From positions 744,001 to 808,000 of the forward strand of contig NOWV01000002.1 of assembly GCA_003344405.1 (NCBI GenBank): a DNA stretch of 64,000 bases, in the 5' to 3' direction. Each line of letters opens with the position of its first letter. Position 1 is the first letter of the stretch. Shown here one piece after another: positions 13,401-28,810 of the stretch. Made by a program: the position numbers and the translations under genes. The notes below the pieces were generated by a model. It saw only the letters and a list, made by a program, of their open reading frames with translations, was not told the DNA's origin and made no database searches. Source of the stretch: Trichoplax sp. H2 (lineage: Eukaryota).

Positions 13401-16400
13401 TTGGCGCCATCCATTTTGCGTGAATATTAGATTAGTTTCGATTTCAATTAATATCTACCTATTCATTATTTCATTTATCGCATTCATTTTACATAAATTT
13501 GCACGATCTTTTGTGTTACTCTATAGTTATAGTATCTGTGCTATGCAGTAGGTATTATAAATACAATTATACCGAAGGTGGCTACGGAGCTAGCATAATA
13601 TACTAATAAGCCGTACGTTAAGGTAAAAGTCTGTCAAATGTTCTATTTGGTAGATCGTTCATAATGTTTCTCCTTAGATATATCCTCTGGTATGAAACTG
13701 AGCATTATTTGCCTTGATTTCAATAAATAAAGTGAAGCTTTGTTATATCAGCTTCAGCTGCTATATATTTTCGTATTTATGTATAAAATTAAAGTTCCGA
13801 TCGTAGGTTGTATGCTAATACAATGATTATAGAAATGAACTATCATCGTAATTGTAAAGAAATAAATGCTAAGCGAAAGGTATATCAATGTCATCTAAAA
13901 ATTGGTGCGGATTTATTTAGTGACATAGTTTTGTATAAAATCATTCTAAGTATATTTTTCCTTAAATTTTATTATTATAGAATCCATTGAATTTCCAAGA
14001 AACATTGACTTAATTGGGTCTTGAACAAAGGTTCTATAGGGTTACTGATAGATAAAACATAAGCAACATATATAATACCACTTAAAAAAGAGTACGCATT
14101 TGCAACTATGAAGATACAAGGAAGGATTAAGAATAATAAATTTTAACTATATAGTAAGATAAATCTTTCAAATCGAATAATTATATCACCCTATCATAGA
14201 AATGATTTATGATATTAAAGGAATATGGATGTTGAATAAGTGTCTGCGATCAATGATAATTGAATGGCCTCTGGAAATAGATTAGGATAACTTATGTAGT
14301 ATATAGTACACAGTATGAGATGTTTACTCTGTTCTGATCTTTTTTCAATTGCTGTTACCACAGAAACCCAAAACATCATCATTCAAGTCTGTGATATAAT
14401 AATGCCTTTTATTAATTACCGTACTGTATTATTAAAAATAGCGGATACGGCCACTATAACAACTTCGAAACAGTTAGATGTACAGTTCTATATAAATATT
14501 ATTAAACGCTAAAGTTACTTCAAAGTTGATTATAATTGTCGATGAAAGTAGTATTCGTAACAGATAATATTGATCGATTAAGGTCTTAATAAGAAATTCA
14601 AAGTTCTGTTGAACAAGAGATCTTAGTAAATTATTTAAAGCTCTTTTATTGGGCATATTGAGTGCTGGAACAACGTTTTACGTTGGTAAACACCTTAAAA
14701 AATACTGAAAAATAAAGTATGATACAAATTACTCCTATCGAAATTTATATGGTAATTTATTTGATTAGCATAAAAATATTTTAAAGCTTCTCTTACTCGA
14801 GTTTGAAGCGATTTTTATTAGCTTAAATTTTATACTCCTGCATGATAGTACTATGAAAGTGCACATGGCAATTATATTGAAGAAAGAATAAGGCATTAAA
14901 TTTAAACTGTATTTAATTGATTACTAGTATGATGATTTGTGGTGAATAAAAATTTCAAAGGATATAGTCAATTAAAATAGGCAAAGAGAAATTCTCCGTA
15001 GGGTAAGTATATTTTCCTATTATAACTCAAGATTCTATACGCTTCCTAAATACTGACTAAAATACCTACTAGACAGCTATCTTCCCTTAATCAACTAATT
15101 TATAACTAATTAATTATAATAACTACACTACGAGCGCTACACGTAATCTTTTCTAAGATAGATAATTTGATTAAATGTGATTACATGTTGTTTGTTCTGC
15201 TCTTTCTACGAATTTAAAGGCGATCTAATGCCGGTAAAGGAACAAAACAATAACTGAAATGTTATGCACTATATACTAGGATTATAGAAAGCATAAAATT
15301 TTCATACGATACCCACAGTGTGATTGTAAGTATTTAAATGCTATTAAATAGTAGACATGGGATATAAATCAGTAATTTCAATTTTCGCAGTTTTACCAAT
15401 GTGTAAAATGTGAATTTAACTTTACTTGTATTTATTATAATTCAAATATCCACGTAAATCTACGGCTATTAGGATTAAATGGCTAAGGCAAATCGTTTCA
15501 GGATTAAGCAATGTAAGATTTCGTTGTGGACCATGATGCATAGGAACTACCTCTGAGTTAGAGATTAGTTTACTTGGATTACTTTCAAATTATAGCGTAA
15601 TCTCTGATTGTGTTATATTTTACTGCTAGAAAAAACTTAAGGGAAGTGTTTGCTACGTTTACCGATTCTGATGGTAAATGTACAAATTATGACCCTAATT
15701 AATTTATCATGGCTCCAGCTGGGCACATCTTTAAAGGTATTTACAATGAAAATAAAATGATCGAGGTTTTTCTCTATTAAAACGGTTAAAAGGGAAGAAA
15801 TCGTCAGTGTATGACTGATACTAAACATGTCATATGCCCGATTCAAAGTTAAGAAAAATTGGCATTTTTCTACAGATTATAAGAAATTGAGCTTCACTAT
15901 ATGTGAAAATGTAATCTTATTGGCAATTTTTGACAGATTGCAGGCTAAGCAGAATTGATGAACAGATGTGAATAAAATGTTGATAGTGCAAAATTGATAG
16001 CACGGATGGAAATGAAGTGTGCACGTAAAATGGTCTTGTCCATAAAATTACTATATGCGCCTGTATACACAGTATATATTTGGTCCTCCATATTAATCCT
16101 ACTAGTATAGTGGCTTAAGAGTACAGATTAGAAATATACTATTATAGGCGTCTCTGCTGATAGATAGACTTCATTTTGTATTTATTGTAGACAGTTTTGA
16201 CAAGAATAATTGTCAAGTTTATCTTAGGCTTAAAATTGCCGCAATACTGTAGGTAAGTGCAGAATAAAAGAATTTTCAGGAGAAAATCTGCTACTTAAAA
16301 TCAAATCACGTCAACTTACCTTATAAAAATTGAAGATACCAAATGCGGTACGTGGTATATATAATCTAATTCGGCGAGAGGATGGGAAATTCTGAAAACT

Positions 16401-19400
16401 TATCCACACATTGAAGCGTAATTCGAATAATTAAATCATATTTTGTATCAGCGCTTCTTCGACTTTACTGAAAAATGTATATTGAAGGGCTTATAAGTTC
16501 AAGTATTTTTATATCCTATGTAAAGCTGTATATGCTGGGAAAGCAGACTAAAACAAAAAAAGCTTTATAATGATTTTGTGTTTATTATTCTTAATATTGA
16601 CTATTCATGTTAAAGTCTCATGATAAAATAATAGCTAGTTCTTGTTATTGTCGTGAGATGTTGACTGCAAATTAAATCATCAGTCAATCTCTTTATTTGC
16701 CAAAATTTGAATATGATACTGTTATTCTTATAATATAAGCTATTACAATACTCATTTGGTATTTGATATTAATGGAAAGGGAGTTTATAATCAATCAACA
16801 GATAAAAGAAAAATAACCCTTTTTGTCATGTAATTAACTTATCGATAGTGTCCGCTTCATTATTCATAGCTATCATTGTACAATTAAAAATGTCATCGGA
16901 GTCAGTTTTAGCTGATAAATTTAAATCTTTGGCATGGATATATCCCATTCTAATTTTTTCTGGTATTGCGCTTATATTTACTCTAATTTACCAAACGTAC
17001 ACCTGCAGTATTTATCGGTGAAGTTATTATACTTTAAATTATCGCGATTAACGGATTATGTGGTTAGCTCTTGATATGTGGTATCGTTGTTACTGCCAGT
17101 ATACAATAATAAATAGAACTGTATTTTATAGATGAAATTGATATAGGAGAAATAAGAATAATTACTATACATGATATTTTTATTAGTTCTTACGTAAGAG
17201 ATGTGCAATATCGTACCACACGTTAAAATTGTTTGCCTGCTATTATTTTATGGCTATCTTCTACTAAAAATGATTAGACTCAAATTCAAGAATTCGTAAC
17301 TCAATAACATCAAGGTTAAATTAAAAATTGCATTAAAAAGTATTTTTGTCTATTTGCCCAAAAGTTCTTTATGATTTCTTTTAAATTGCAGTATAGTGCT
17401 TCGGCAATGTCGACTATTGATGCGTTGCTGAGTCGATTGCAAATATTAATTCATTAATTGTATTATTCGTATTGTAATGAGATATATAGATTCTACCTTA
17501 ATTTTTAGACCTGCTATTATGTTGCTGCATGAATAGATCGTCTATTTATTTCCCTTCCTTCGTTTTATATAAAATCTAATACTAGCCGTCCAATGTGACT
17601 TTTAATTGAACATATATTGCACTAGTACTTTACGTGATTTATTTATAGCCGCAGTCATAGATACAATTTATGATATTAGATATTGGAGAAAAAGACGTAA
17701 TGTATCTATTTCAGCCTTTCAATCATAGACTGTTTGCAACTTGCATGATATTGTAAATTTTGGGGATTTTGGCGTTACCCTACCGTCACAAGGCATACAC
17801 CTTAAAGTAAAGTAGAATATGTAACAATTGCATGGCTTATACATAAGATTTATACACCTTTTTCTCGTTGCTAGCGAATAATTACGCTCTAGTTGAGTTA
17901 GCAATTTAAATACGTACACAATTATCAAAGCAATAAAACAGTTCACTATAATATTTCTACCCACTATCAGCCATGTCTAGTTAGTATGGCACTATGAGAA
18001 TATCTACAGTAAGTTAACTGTAATTTCACTGCGATTATTGGATTGAGTACAAAGTTGGCCACTGATACAGTAAAGCATTAAATGGCGATCATACGGCTAT
18101 TGCAGGCAATGAAATGAGTCGTCTAAATCTCGTTTAGGGATTGCATTTTACAGCTGGCATATTGAGATGATTACATTGGGATGCAGATTTATTTGACATT
18201 TCCCTCAAAATCTTAGCTTATGAAATTGGTAACCGCTTTGTGCTATTTGTAAATTAAAAATTAAAAATTTACATTTATTATTTCTTAAGATTTGCCATAA
18301 AGTCGGGATAGAAACTGACTTTATCTAATTAATAAAGCGATGGATTAATAAGTAGTCATGGGACCTCTGTAGTCTTGGATAAATAACTATATAGAGAGAA
18401 TCTAACGGAAGTAGCAAAATAAATTTGTTGTAATTCGTAGTTAGCACCGTACTTGAAGAAGGTTTAATTTGCTTATGAATAAATATGAGATGCAGTACGA
18501 ATTGATTTTCATTTAATTTAATAAAATCAACATTATAGCGAGTATTCTTTCTGTAAATTATTTATGCATAGTCATTACGTGATGAGCTCGATGTAAACTC
18601 CATATCAGTCACAATTAATTATTTAAGGTAATTGCGTGTCATAAAAATATCAGAATACATTAGTCACGCTAGTAAAAAAGACAGATAGCGCGTGACGATA
18701 CCTCTTATTAAGGCTACCTCCTGTGATTCCGTCATAGTTTTTTAAATATTTTATATATCTTTTTTGTTAGTTAGCTACCTGGAGTTGTATTATACAGTGC
18801 ATGGGAAAAATATTATTATTTTGATATTATAACGATATACTATATCTACAGCGTCATAAAAAAATAGCACATTCAATATAACGACAGTATTAGAAATAGG
18901 ACAAAAATAATTAATAATTAATTGTTAATACTGACTTGTAAGCTTGGCAAAACTTTGTTATTGACAGATGAAAATACTATATTACTCAGTTTTGTACAAG
19001 TACATACATCAGTTAGATCTGTAATCAATAACACAGCTCTACAGCATGCTCGAGATAACATACTCTGGATCATGGTTCAAGTTATAGGAGCCGATAATTT
19101 TGATTAGTCAAAGAGAGTTCTAGCTTGAAGTTTTGAGGATGTTTGCATTTACTATATGTGATTTAATATAGTTGGTGGTAGTTTCTAACTTTCTATTATT
19201 TCCTATCATAGAAAACAGAATAAATTTCACGTATAACCTTTCATAACAATTATAGGCACTATGCTGTATTAAATAAACTTTTATAAATAGGATAACACAT
19301 GCTTTGATGCCCCAATTCTATTAACGTAAGCTATGTAGATATTCGACAGTACGTTTTTAAACAACCCAATCTTGATTTACCCAAATCTTTCTATGTGACC

Positions 19401-22400
19401 CTTTCGAGAAAAACGTAAGTGGAACAAATTTAAAATCTACTATAGGTCATTAGTACAAAAGATCTATCAATAATTATAATTCTTTAGTAACAGAAATCAG
19501 CCGAGATAAAAAGTGATAACGTAGCTGCATTGAAAATTGAGGCTTAAAGCTAAAGCTAATAATTACGATGTTGTTATTTATTATGGGATAAGGCAACTAT
19601 GGCTCTCAATACTTTTACTTTTAACGATTTATTGAAATCCCTTCACTCTTACTCCTTATAACGTTAATTTGGCAGTTGTTAAAAATAACTGTAGGCGAAT
19701 TTAATAAAGTTAAATCAATTCTTTGCTTTCAAGTGCCTTTACTTAGCGGGAAAATCTCAGCTACCTACGAAAACTCCTTGGCAAATAATTTAATAATCTC
19801 TAAAAGGTATGCTTTTTCATTTCTTACATTACATTCATGATTGGAAAAGAAAAGTTTATTTGCTACAGGAATAATACTGTGGACTATTTTAATTCGTGAT
19901 AGCAATATCTCGGATTAATTTGCTTTTAAGCACAAAGTAACTAACCATAGCCGATCAGTCAACTCTTAAGGCCAATGTTATTTGCGTTCATAGCATAACA
20001 TAATACTAAATCTAGTCAACATTCTGCTAGACCAGAGCTTACTGAAATTTTATGCAGGTATGAAAGGTAATAATGAACTGGTTAAAAGCATGAATCTATA
20101 GGAACTACGTTTTAGCAAAAAAATTAAGTAAGCAGATATTTTCTTATCCTGGTATAAAATAGAAGATATTGATTTGATAGCGATTTTAAATTAAACCCAT
20201 TAAGTAGATATAATACGAATTTAGAGCTGTAAATCACGTTATAGGATTTACGAGATGTAACATTTAAATCTAGAAATGGTAACAACTAACTTTCAATATT
20301 TTGGTGACAAACATTGATTTTTAATAGAGTATCATAATATCTTACTATTTCTACGTAGAAAGATTTCTGATAACGCACACGTCAGTTAGTGTTCTGTTTA
20401 TTTTTAAAAATTATAATACCTCAGTACTTAAAGCAAGATAAAAAAAGTTCACATTTGCTAACCTTAAAGTTTTATTAAAAGTTATAATCAAAATTTAGGA
20501 TATTTCTCTAGCAAGCTTTCATATAATATGTAGAATGAAAAAGTGGGAAATAGGCAACCGTTTCTGAGATTTACGATCCTATAGCGTCGCCTAGTATCCA
20601 TCTTAAAATATACTTAACTTAAGCTACTGAATTAATTAGCATAACTAATTGAAGACTCTGGTCGCGATATGCTTTGTGTACCTATTTATTGAATATAAAC
20701 TTCAAATATATAGTTTTTTGTTAAACTATTTTGTCTACTTGACATTTACTGCAAAAATGCATTTAGTTATATTAGTACTTACCATAAGCTCTCTTTATTT
20801 TTCTCTCCCTTTTATCTCGCAATAAAATTACTTAATTTAAGTTTCACGTCTTAATAATTATCGTAATCGTTGTATTGAGGTATTATCTACTTAATGCCAT
20901 TACAAAATAATACGAGCTTCACGAATTTCTTTCTGTAAGATATTTAGAATGATGCTTTATCATGACAGAAAATAAATTAAAATCTTTTTTGCTTTGTCAA
21001 TTGTGTGCTTGTATTCCCATCAGTAATAGTATTTTTTACCGGTACTAGCTACGAATATTTCTCATCACTTCATCATCAATTTTAGTAGCTCTATAAATTG
21101 GCAGCTTATTAGCCTACAATACGCTACACCAATTCATTATAACAAACCAAAAGTATATATATTTCGATCGTTTTATATCGTCTGTGTATTCTTAATTTTC
21201 GATAACGTAGAAATAAAATTTCTATTACTTTCAACGGCTGTAAATAATATTTTGATTTTTGGTAATTACCTACAGAGTGATTGTTCGTGAAAAAAAGGGG
21301 AATAAATGCCCAGTTTTTTACCATTTAACCTAAAATAATTAAAAATAGGTTAGAAGAAGTACTTGTTAACAAGTTGAAATACACCTATTAATATGATTCA
21401 ACACTGCAATGAAAGCTCTCAATTATTTTTTATACTACAAGATTATAAATATCATCAAATTAATATTGTATATCAGCATTACTCTTAATCTGATTCTTCT
21501 TCAGAAGTAAAACGGATTCTGTATGCTTTTAAAGTGATGAAATATTAGAAGATTCTAAAGATATAGAAGAATATATACTCTAATATGTACTCCAATGTAA
21601 TAGCTAAAGCATAGTAGAATCTAATACTTGCATATAAATATTTACAGCAGATAATTATAATTTATATATTTGCTCTCAATGTAATCTTAAGTTACATTGA
21701 ACTAATGATGGAATGATTAAAGAATCTTCCAAACTACTTTCTTCTTAATCAATGCCTTTACTGCTAGTTCGCCAGCAAGATGAACTTATTTGTTTAAGTA
21801 TTTAAACCTATTAGATTGATAACAAAATTGGACTACCACAGAGGAAAGTTGATAGTTGGAAATCAGTAAATAAAAAAGTCAGAGGTGAAGCAAGTCGAGT
21901 CATGAGAGTTTATGATAAAGAATGAATAAGAAATGTTTTTATTATGGATTAGCAATAATACTAATGAGTTTTAGAAGTAAGCTTACTAGTACAATCGAAT
22001 AATATTTGATAAGAATGACGGTACCTCTCAAGGAAGCAATATCTTTATTCTAGAATATGTATATCAATACCGATTAATAAATGCATAACCACCTATTGAT
22101 TATGATGATGATATCTAAATTGTCAGCGGTGGGGAAATCTGATCATATTGATAAAGTAAACATAAAGAAGCTGCTAAGACATAATAAAAGCTTTGAGAAT
22201 CTATATACTTGCCGTTTGAATTAATCTTATTAATCATATAGATTCTGCTGATCAGTTGAATGACTTTTGCATATTAAAGAAATAAGGGAGAGGAAGCTAC
22301 CTACTTTCATTTATTGTCCTTTTCATTATAGTAAGTAAAGAAAGGATTGTTATAATGGAATGCCACATTAATAGACAATCTGCAATAGCATTAGGTTCTA

Positions 22401-25400
22401 CAGTACATAGTGAAAAAAGTTATTGCGGAAGATAGAAACCGCCGCTTTAAATCAATCTTTCTATACATAATTTTAGTGATGTTGTTAGCTGATTAGTACT
22501 ACTAGCGCCATATTCTACTTTAGCCAGTGTCTTTAAGTCTTATTTGTTATTAAAGGCTTGTATTTAGGTGAATTAAATTCATCTATTAAGAAGTGATTAT
22601 AAAGGGAGAAAATTTAGGAATTGCAATTATAAATATTTACAGGCAAGTTATTATCTTAATAGATATCGATTATGTCGTACGGGCCTTAAATCTTTTAAGA
22701 GACTAGCAGTTTCTTTATTATATTAGTATTATAACCAGAACCGAGTAAAATTCTCCATTCTACTAGAGAGATACAATTTTATAGCAATGTAACTCCATTT
22801 TTATCGCTAAAATCATGTAAATTTATTTCATTTTTCTAAGTACGAGCATTAGACCATCTAGTGAATAAATAATGTACGATATTTTCTCTTAAAGACTAGC
22901 TCTTAAAATGTATTCATAAAATACTAGCTTTTGTATAGCACGGCTAAAACTAGTCATGAAAGAATTTAAGACACTAAATTTCTCATATTTTGATAAGTAT
23001 TTATTGTTGTAATCTACGATTAAAATTCGATTCTTTGTTCTATCACGGAAACTATTTGACATTTTTAATTCTTAAATACGACTTTCTAGTACTACAATGG
23101 AAGCTGAAATTATTTATAAAGTTGCCTCCTATATATCTTGCACAGTCTATTTCTCTGATTATAAGATATTGAATACACTACCCTTACATCATCAGGGTGC
23201 CATCAGAGTGTTAAATTTTAAATTATAATGCACTATAAGTCAATATGGTAAATCTACCTCATAAATTTTTAGATATAACTTAGCTAGCAATTCCCCTTTT
23301 CGAGGAGAGTCTTGCTGTGAACTATTAGCTACGGTGTAGCTTTTGTCTTGAACATCTAACCTAATATTGCAAGGATTTCAAAATTGGATTAATTTTCTAT
23401 TAACATTTACTTAAATTTTAATATGCTACCAGCCGAGACTGGTCTGCAATGGAAATTGGTGGAAGGAATTCACAATGAGAATGTAAAATTTCTTAATATT
23501 AAATCGATTTTATGATTAACTATTCCGAAAATTGTTAGCAAATGCGAGTTTGTATCTTGAACATCATTTCTGATTTAAAATAATTAGTACGGTTTTCGTC
23601 TAAGATAAGATCTCAACCAAATACTTGTATGACTATGATATTGTTTCTATAAGTACTTAGCAAAAATTAAAACAGATCGAGTTAGGCGGAAGATTGCGTG
23701 AATCATTTCGGAAGCAACGTTATACTCTTCACATATACCGATTTTATGTTCTGTATTCAGAAATTTACCGTACACCTAACGACTACTCTAATAATTAGTA
23801 GATCTCTCACCAATGCACTGAGGCACTAGTAAAGCAACCAAAGCCCAGCTAATAACCAAATGCCTTTATTGATATATCTTGTATCATGGAAACGCGAAAA
23901 AAGTTCCTGTTTGTTGTATAGACGTGATACTTTTTTTTAAACTACCGGTCAGAATACTCTAGAATCAAATCTGGGTTTTTATTAGCCTATGAGGTGAAAT
24001 TAATATCGTTAGTTTGCTTTAATTAATTTCTAATTTACATAGGTGAATTAAAATCATATGATTGTTATATATGAATTTCAATTCCTTATTTAATTATCAA
24101 TGGTGCTTAATCTGAGATGGCATTGCGATATTTACCACAAATCTACAGGCAGTAATGGAACTCTTTATGTTATATAAAATAATGAATAAATTCAGTTGTT
24201 AGTAAGTCATAGATCAATAATGTTTTGCCCTTTAATTATTAGATAAGTTAGTATAGTATAAAATATAGATATTACGTAAATCAAACTGGTGAGTTTGTGT
24301 TTTCCTGTAAGTATGAAATTTTGCTTAATATAATCAATTTTATCAATGAATAGCGTGTCTTCAGTCCGTATTATGCCGCGGTTGCTTGAAATACATTTAA
24401 GTGTCCCAGCCATTATAAGTTATTCGTATATGATGATCATTGTGGAGTAGCAAGATATCTATAATCTTTAGATTTCTAAACTTTAAATTCAGTAACAGAT
24501 CAATGTGGCTATACTAAATCCAAATTAAATAGATATCTACGGTATTGTTGTAGTTTAATGACTGGCAAGAACAGACGTTAACTACGCTTTCGGCCATTTT
24601 TAAGTAATCTATATAATCAAGTCTTGAAATGCAATGTCTAAATTCATATGTTCGATTAAAATGGTTTCTCTATTCTACGCGTGTTACATTAGTAAAAAGT
24701 AGATAAGTTGAGCTTTTCCTAGTATTTGTTATTGTCAGTCATATTAACTTGTAATGTACTCATAATGATCGTAGTTAGAGGCGATGTATTAAGCTAAAAA
24801 TAAAAGCTTCCTTTCTCACAATTAAATGTAATGCTCGCATGCTTTCATTGTGGCTGTATTATTAAATTTTATTCAAGTTTTTATCATATAATCTCATATT
24901 TCATTTCTTGCATTTTTTAAACGGTTGTCATCTGTTTAGCACAAGCAAAAGTGAAGGAATTGATTAATTTAGTCTGATGTATCTGTTGAATTTTTAACTA
25001 TTCACTCCTTATTAATAAATAGATTATAGCTGGTATTACCTATACTGGTTTCGTGATCGAATTAAGATACCTTGTTCTCAACTGATTCCTGTGTCGCTAA
25101 AGATTTTAATTTTGAAACAAATTAAGCAGCTTGAAGGGTTCGATTCGCGCGCTATCGGATTCTTGCGATAAGTTCGGTAGCATAAACATACAGAGATATT
25201 AAAGTGTGGATACTTAATTTTTAAGATTTAACTATTATATGCGTAATATCTTTTACTGCTTTCCAAAATGTGAATACCAGTATCAACTACGTGGGTGGAA
25301 AATTGACGACTTTATAGGATTGAATTTCAGATATACTTAAGTAAAGTTCATGTCTTATTTGTAAATAATTCAGATAATTGGTATTGCATGTATATAATTT

Positions 25401-28050
25401 TTAGCGTTCTGACAATAGAGCGAATTTAAGATAGATCTTAATATAACGCAGAATCTCTAAAAGTGCATATCCTGAGGATATTCAATTTGCCCAGTCAGCG
25501 ATCTGCATAAGTAATGCGATTTAACTGGATAATGGAAAATTTATAATTATTTATTGGAATAGTAAAAAACGTATCTTTTCTTAGGCCTACGATGAACTGA
25601 CAACGCGAAAAACAATGTTGAAATTCATATCCTATTGCTACTACAAACCTATTATAGTTATAGAGTAGTTCTAATAAAGAGATTTTATAGACACATTATC
25701 GATTCATTTTTATGGCTATTATCTCTATATGGTATAATGGCCTTTATTGAAATATGTTCTGTAGAATCTATTCTTGAGAACAAATTGAATAAACAGGAAG
25801 GCTTGTCAGAGTTTCTCTATAAAATAATTCCGCAAGTTCTTTGTCACTGGGATTAAAAGAAAACTTTACTATAACGGTCGTAGTTAATCAATTAGACTAT
25901 TGAAATTATTTTTAACCTAAAATGAGCTGATGGCAAGGATATCGTCATCTTTAATAGTTTAACGCGTAAACCAGGCGAATGCATTGTGTTAACTTCATAA
26001 GATTGCAGTAGTAGATATTCAATTCTTGTATGGCTAATTCTGATTATTAAATAATTACTGCTTTTGTTAATATGTCTCTCAAGATCTGGATTATCGCAAT
26101 TGTCTTAACACAGGTTCAATATTATTCAAACTTGATTATGCTTTCAATGATACAGTATATACAGGTCCAATCTTGTTATACTTTATGTCCTTTGAGCATT
26201 TTTTAAAGATGATGAAATACGGTAAGACTTATGTTATACAGTACTTTAACCCTTATAAATATTTTAATTGACAGAATAAATATATATTGTATGCTTTCAT
26301 TAATGATGATTTTGGTTAATTTATGCTTAAATGACTTAAGAATTCTTAATCTTACGATTGCATCCTGCGTACTTACACTCCTACGCTTATTTGCTATATA
26401 GTAATCGTTTAACAGTGTATTACATGATTTCATTCATGAAAAACTCCTGTCAGTTCATTATTAAAGGTAATGTTTTAATGTCATGTATGAATTTTTCTTG
26501 TAGTTATGCCTACATTTAGTCAGCTTAAGTAATGAGCTAAATTTATCTTTAGTTGCCATTTTATGATAATTTCATCAATTAAAGCCTGAATGAAACGAAA
26601 CTATCTTAATGCACCGAATAAATTCTCATACAGTTATATATCTACATTTACATTTCGTTATTGAGCCAACTTTATATGATTTCATTAAGCCTATGGAGTA
26701 AATCATTTAGTACTAATAATGAGGCTATAAATATTCATCGTCCAGAAAAGGAAATAATATTTCGAGTATAGAAAAAAATTTCATCTATTCTTTGAGATAT
26801 CGTAATGATTTAATGTATAGCTGAGCCTAATTGAGAATAATCTATACATTCTTCTCACTATCCGTGTTACCACTATTGCTTTTTTCTATCACTTAATTTA
26901 GCTTGAATCTTAGCAAGAAATCGGACTATCTGTAAATTATTAATGTAATATACTAAAATAATTACTAGTTATTATTATTTTCTTAAGTTTTAATTCTTGA
27001 AATTGCTATAGGCTATATAAAATTATTGTGATAGAAGAAATTTAATAATTCTTTTAAATGGGATTCTTAATTTCCTCACGAATACGAAAATATATTGCTA
27101 TCAATATGTTATACTAGCGTTACCGCCACCAGTTTTACGCAATGTATGTTAAAGTACGACAATCCAGCTATAAAATATCTTAATCAATAAGTGCAACTGC
27201 TACCACTTTGCATCTTTAAGGATTGATAAGAAATTATGATAAATCAACCCTGGAGCCAAATAAACTGAATAAAATCTCTAGAAAGATATAGTTTGGGATT
27301 GAAAGCAATAAGTAGTTCAGGCAATTTTCTAAGTATAGTTTATTAGTTTAGAACGCTAATAGTGATATAAAATTTTGTTATATACTCTATTTAAGCCACA
27401 TTTATCAATTTTAGTTGCGATTCAAACTTTTGATTATATCTGATGCGATGATTCAAAGCAATATTAATTCTGTATTTAGGTTCACTTCCGCTGATGAAAA
27501 CCTATCAAGTGATTAAATAACAAAGCGAACTAAGCTAGGAGGATCTTAACAGCAAATTTAATAAAGTTCTATTGTAAAGTAATAAAGTCAATAATTGTGG
27601 AATTCTGAAAGAATTTTCTTCTGTATTACTGATGAAATTGCCTTTTACTGAACAACAATAGTAAAATTTGTAATGCTTGTATATCAAATAGTTAATACAT
27701 TATTTAAATATTTAAGAATCGGGCATATAGATGTGTTTAATATTCCTCCATTGCTTCTATTTTGTCAGGTTGTTATCGAACTTCCTATGCCACTGCATTA
27801 TCAGGACTATCGTTACATCCTCACTTATTGAAATGCAAACATCCTGTATGCGTATGAATACTGCATAATTTATAAATTGTAATGAAATAAAAAGTGTAGA
27901 GATCAAGCTATAAAACTTTAATAAACTTTGATTCTACTTTCGTTGCACTCCGGTCGACTTAACGAAACTTTGATACCAAAGAAAATTTGGGAAACAATCG
28001 AACAACAATTTATTACAAAAAAAAATGGAGAGAAGCATAAACTGACCAAC

Positions 28051-28810
28051 CTTACAAATACTTAACTTTAAGTATTAATAAAATAAGTGACAGACTTAAA
28101 AACTGTCAACAACCAAACAACCTTTCAAAAAGAAGAACGTTTTAACTTCCGACAATTCGACCCCGAATGCCTTTTAAATTCAACAAGTTCTTCAAAAGAA
28201 TCTTCTTCTACTCTCTCCCTAAATTTCCTAATTGCACTATCATTCATAGGCTTCGTAGAGCCGTCAGAGGTATTTAAAACTAAACATTTACTAACCAGTT
28301 GCTCTTAAGATCCATTTTAGAAAACTACTTTGCACCATTTAAGAAAACAACAATCATTCAAAGTTCAGACACAATTCAGCCTATGATTCCCTTACAAAAC
28401 ATTATAAAACCAACAAGTTAACTATAAAATATATCAAATTTCACTTCTAACATAATTTCTATCATCAATACATTATAAAAGTCTAACAATTAACCTTTAA
28501 ACATCAAGATTTAGTCATAAAAATAGCAGTCTAACTACTTGACAATCAATACAACCTCTGCCAATTTCCATCTTATTCTCTATTTTCCTAACTAAACTTT
28601 CCTAACGTGACGTTCATGTCACGTCATAAAATTCCAAAGTTTCAAATTCATAACAAAAAGTTCAAATTTCAAAAACCAACTCTTACGATATTTCCCATAA
28701 ACTAAAATCCAAAAATTAAAACAGAAAAATTATAATAGATAAATTAATACAGAAAAATTGTAACAGATAAATTCGACTGGTTCCGGAATCCGAAAAATTC
28801 GGATTTTATA
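28051..28810 (-). promoter_or_regulatory. Candidate promoter and first (largely non-coding) exon of a minus-strand transcript
   Basis: The plus strand turns abruptly A/C-rich and G-poor over about 28020-28740. Paired CRE-like sites ACGTGACGTT...GTCACGTCA lie at 28605-28626, with TTCCGGAA and an inverted repeat at 28781-28805. A donor-like GTAAGGTTGGT starts at 28055 on the minus strand. Confidence 0.4.

Noticed and set aside
28020..28740. Possible organellar insertion suggested by strand skew
   Set aside because: I could not recognise any mitochondrial gene, rRNA or tRNA. A transcript 5' end explains it better, although this is not proven.
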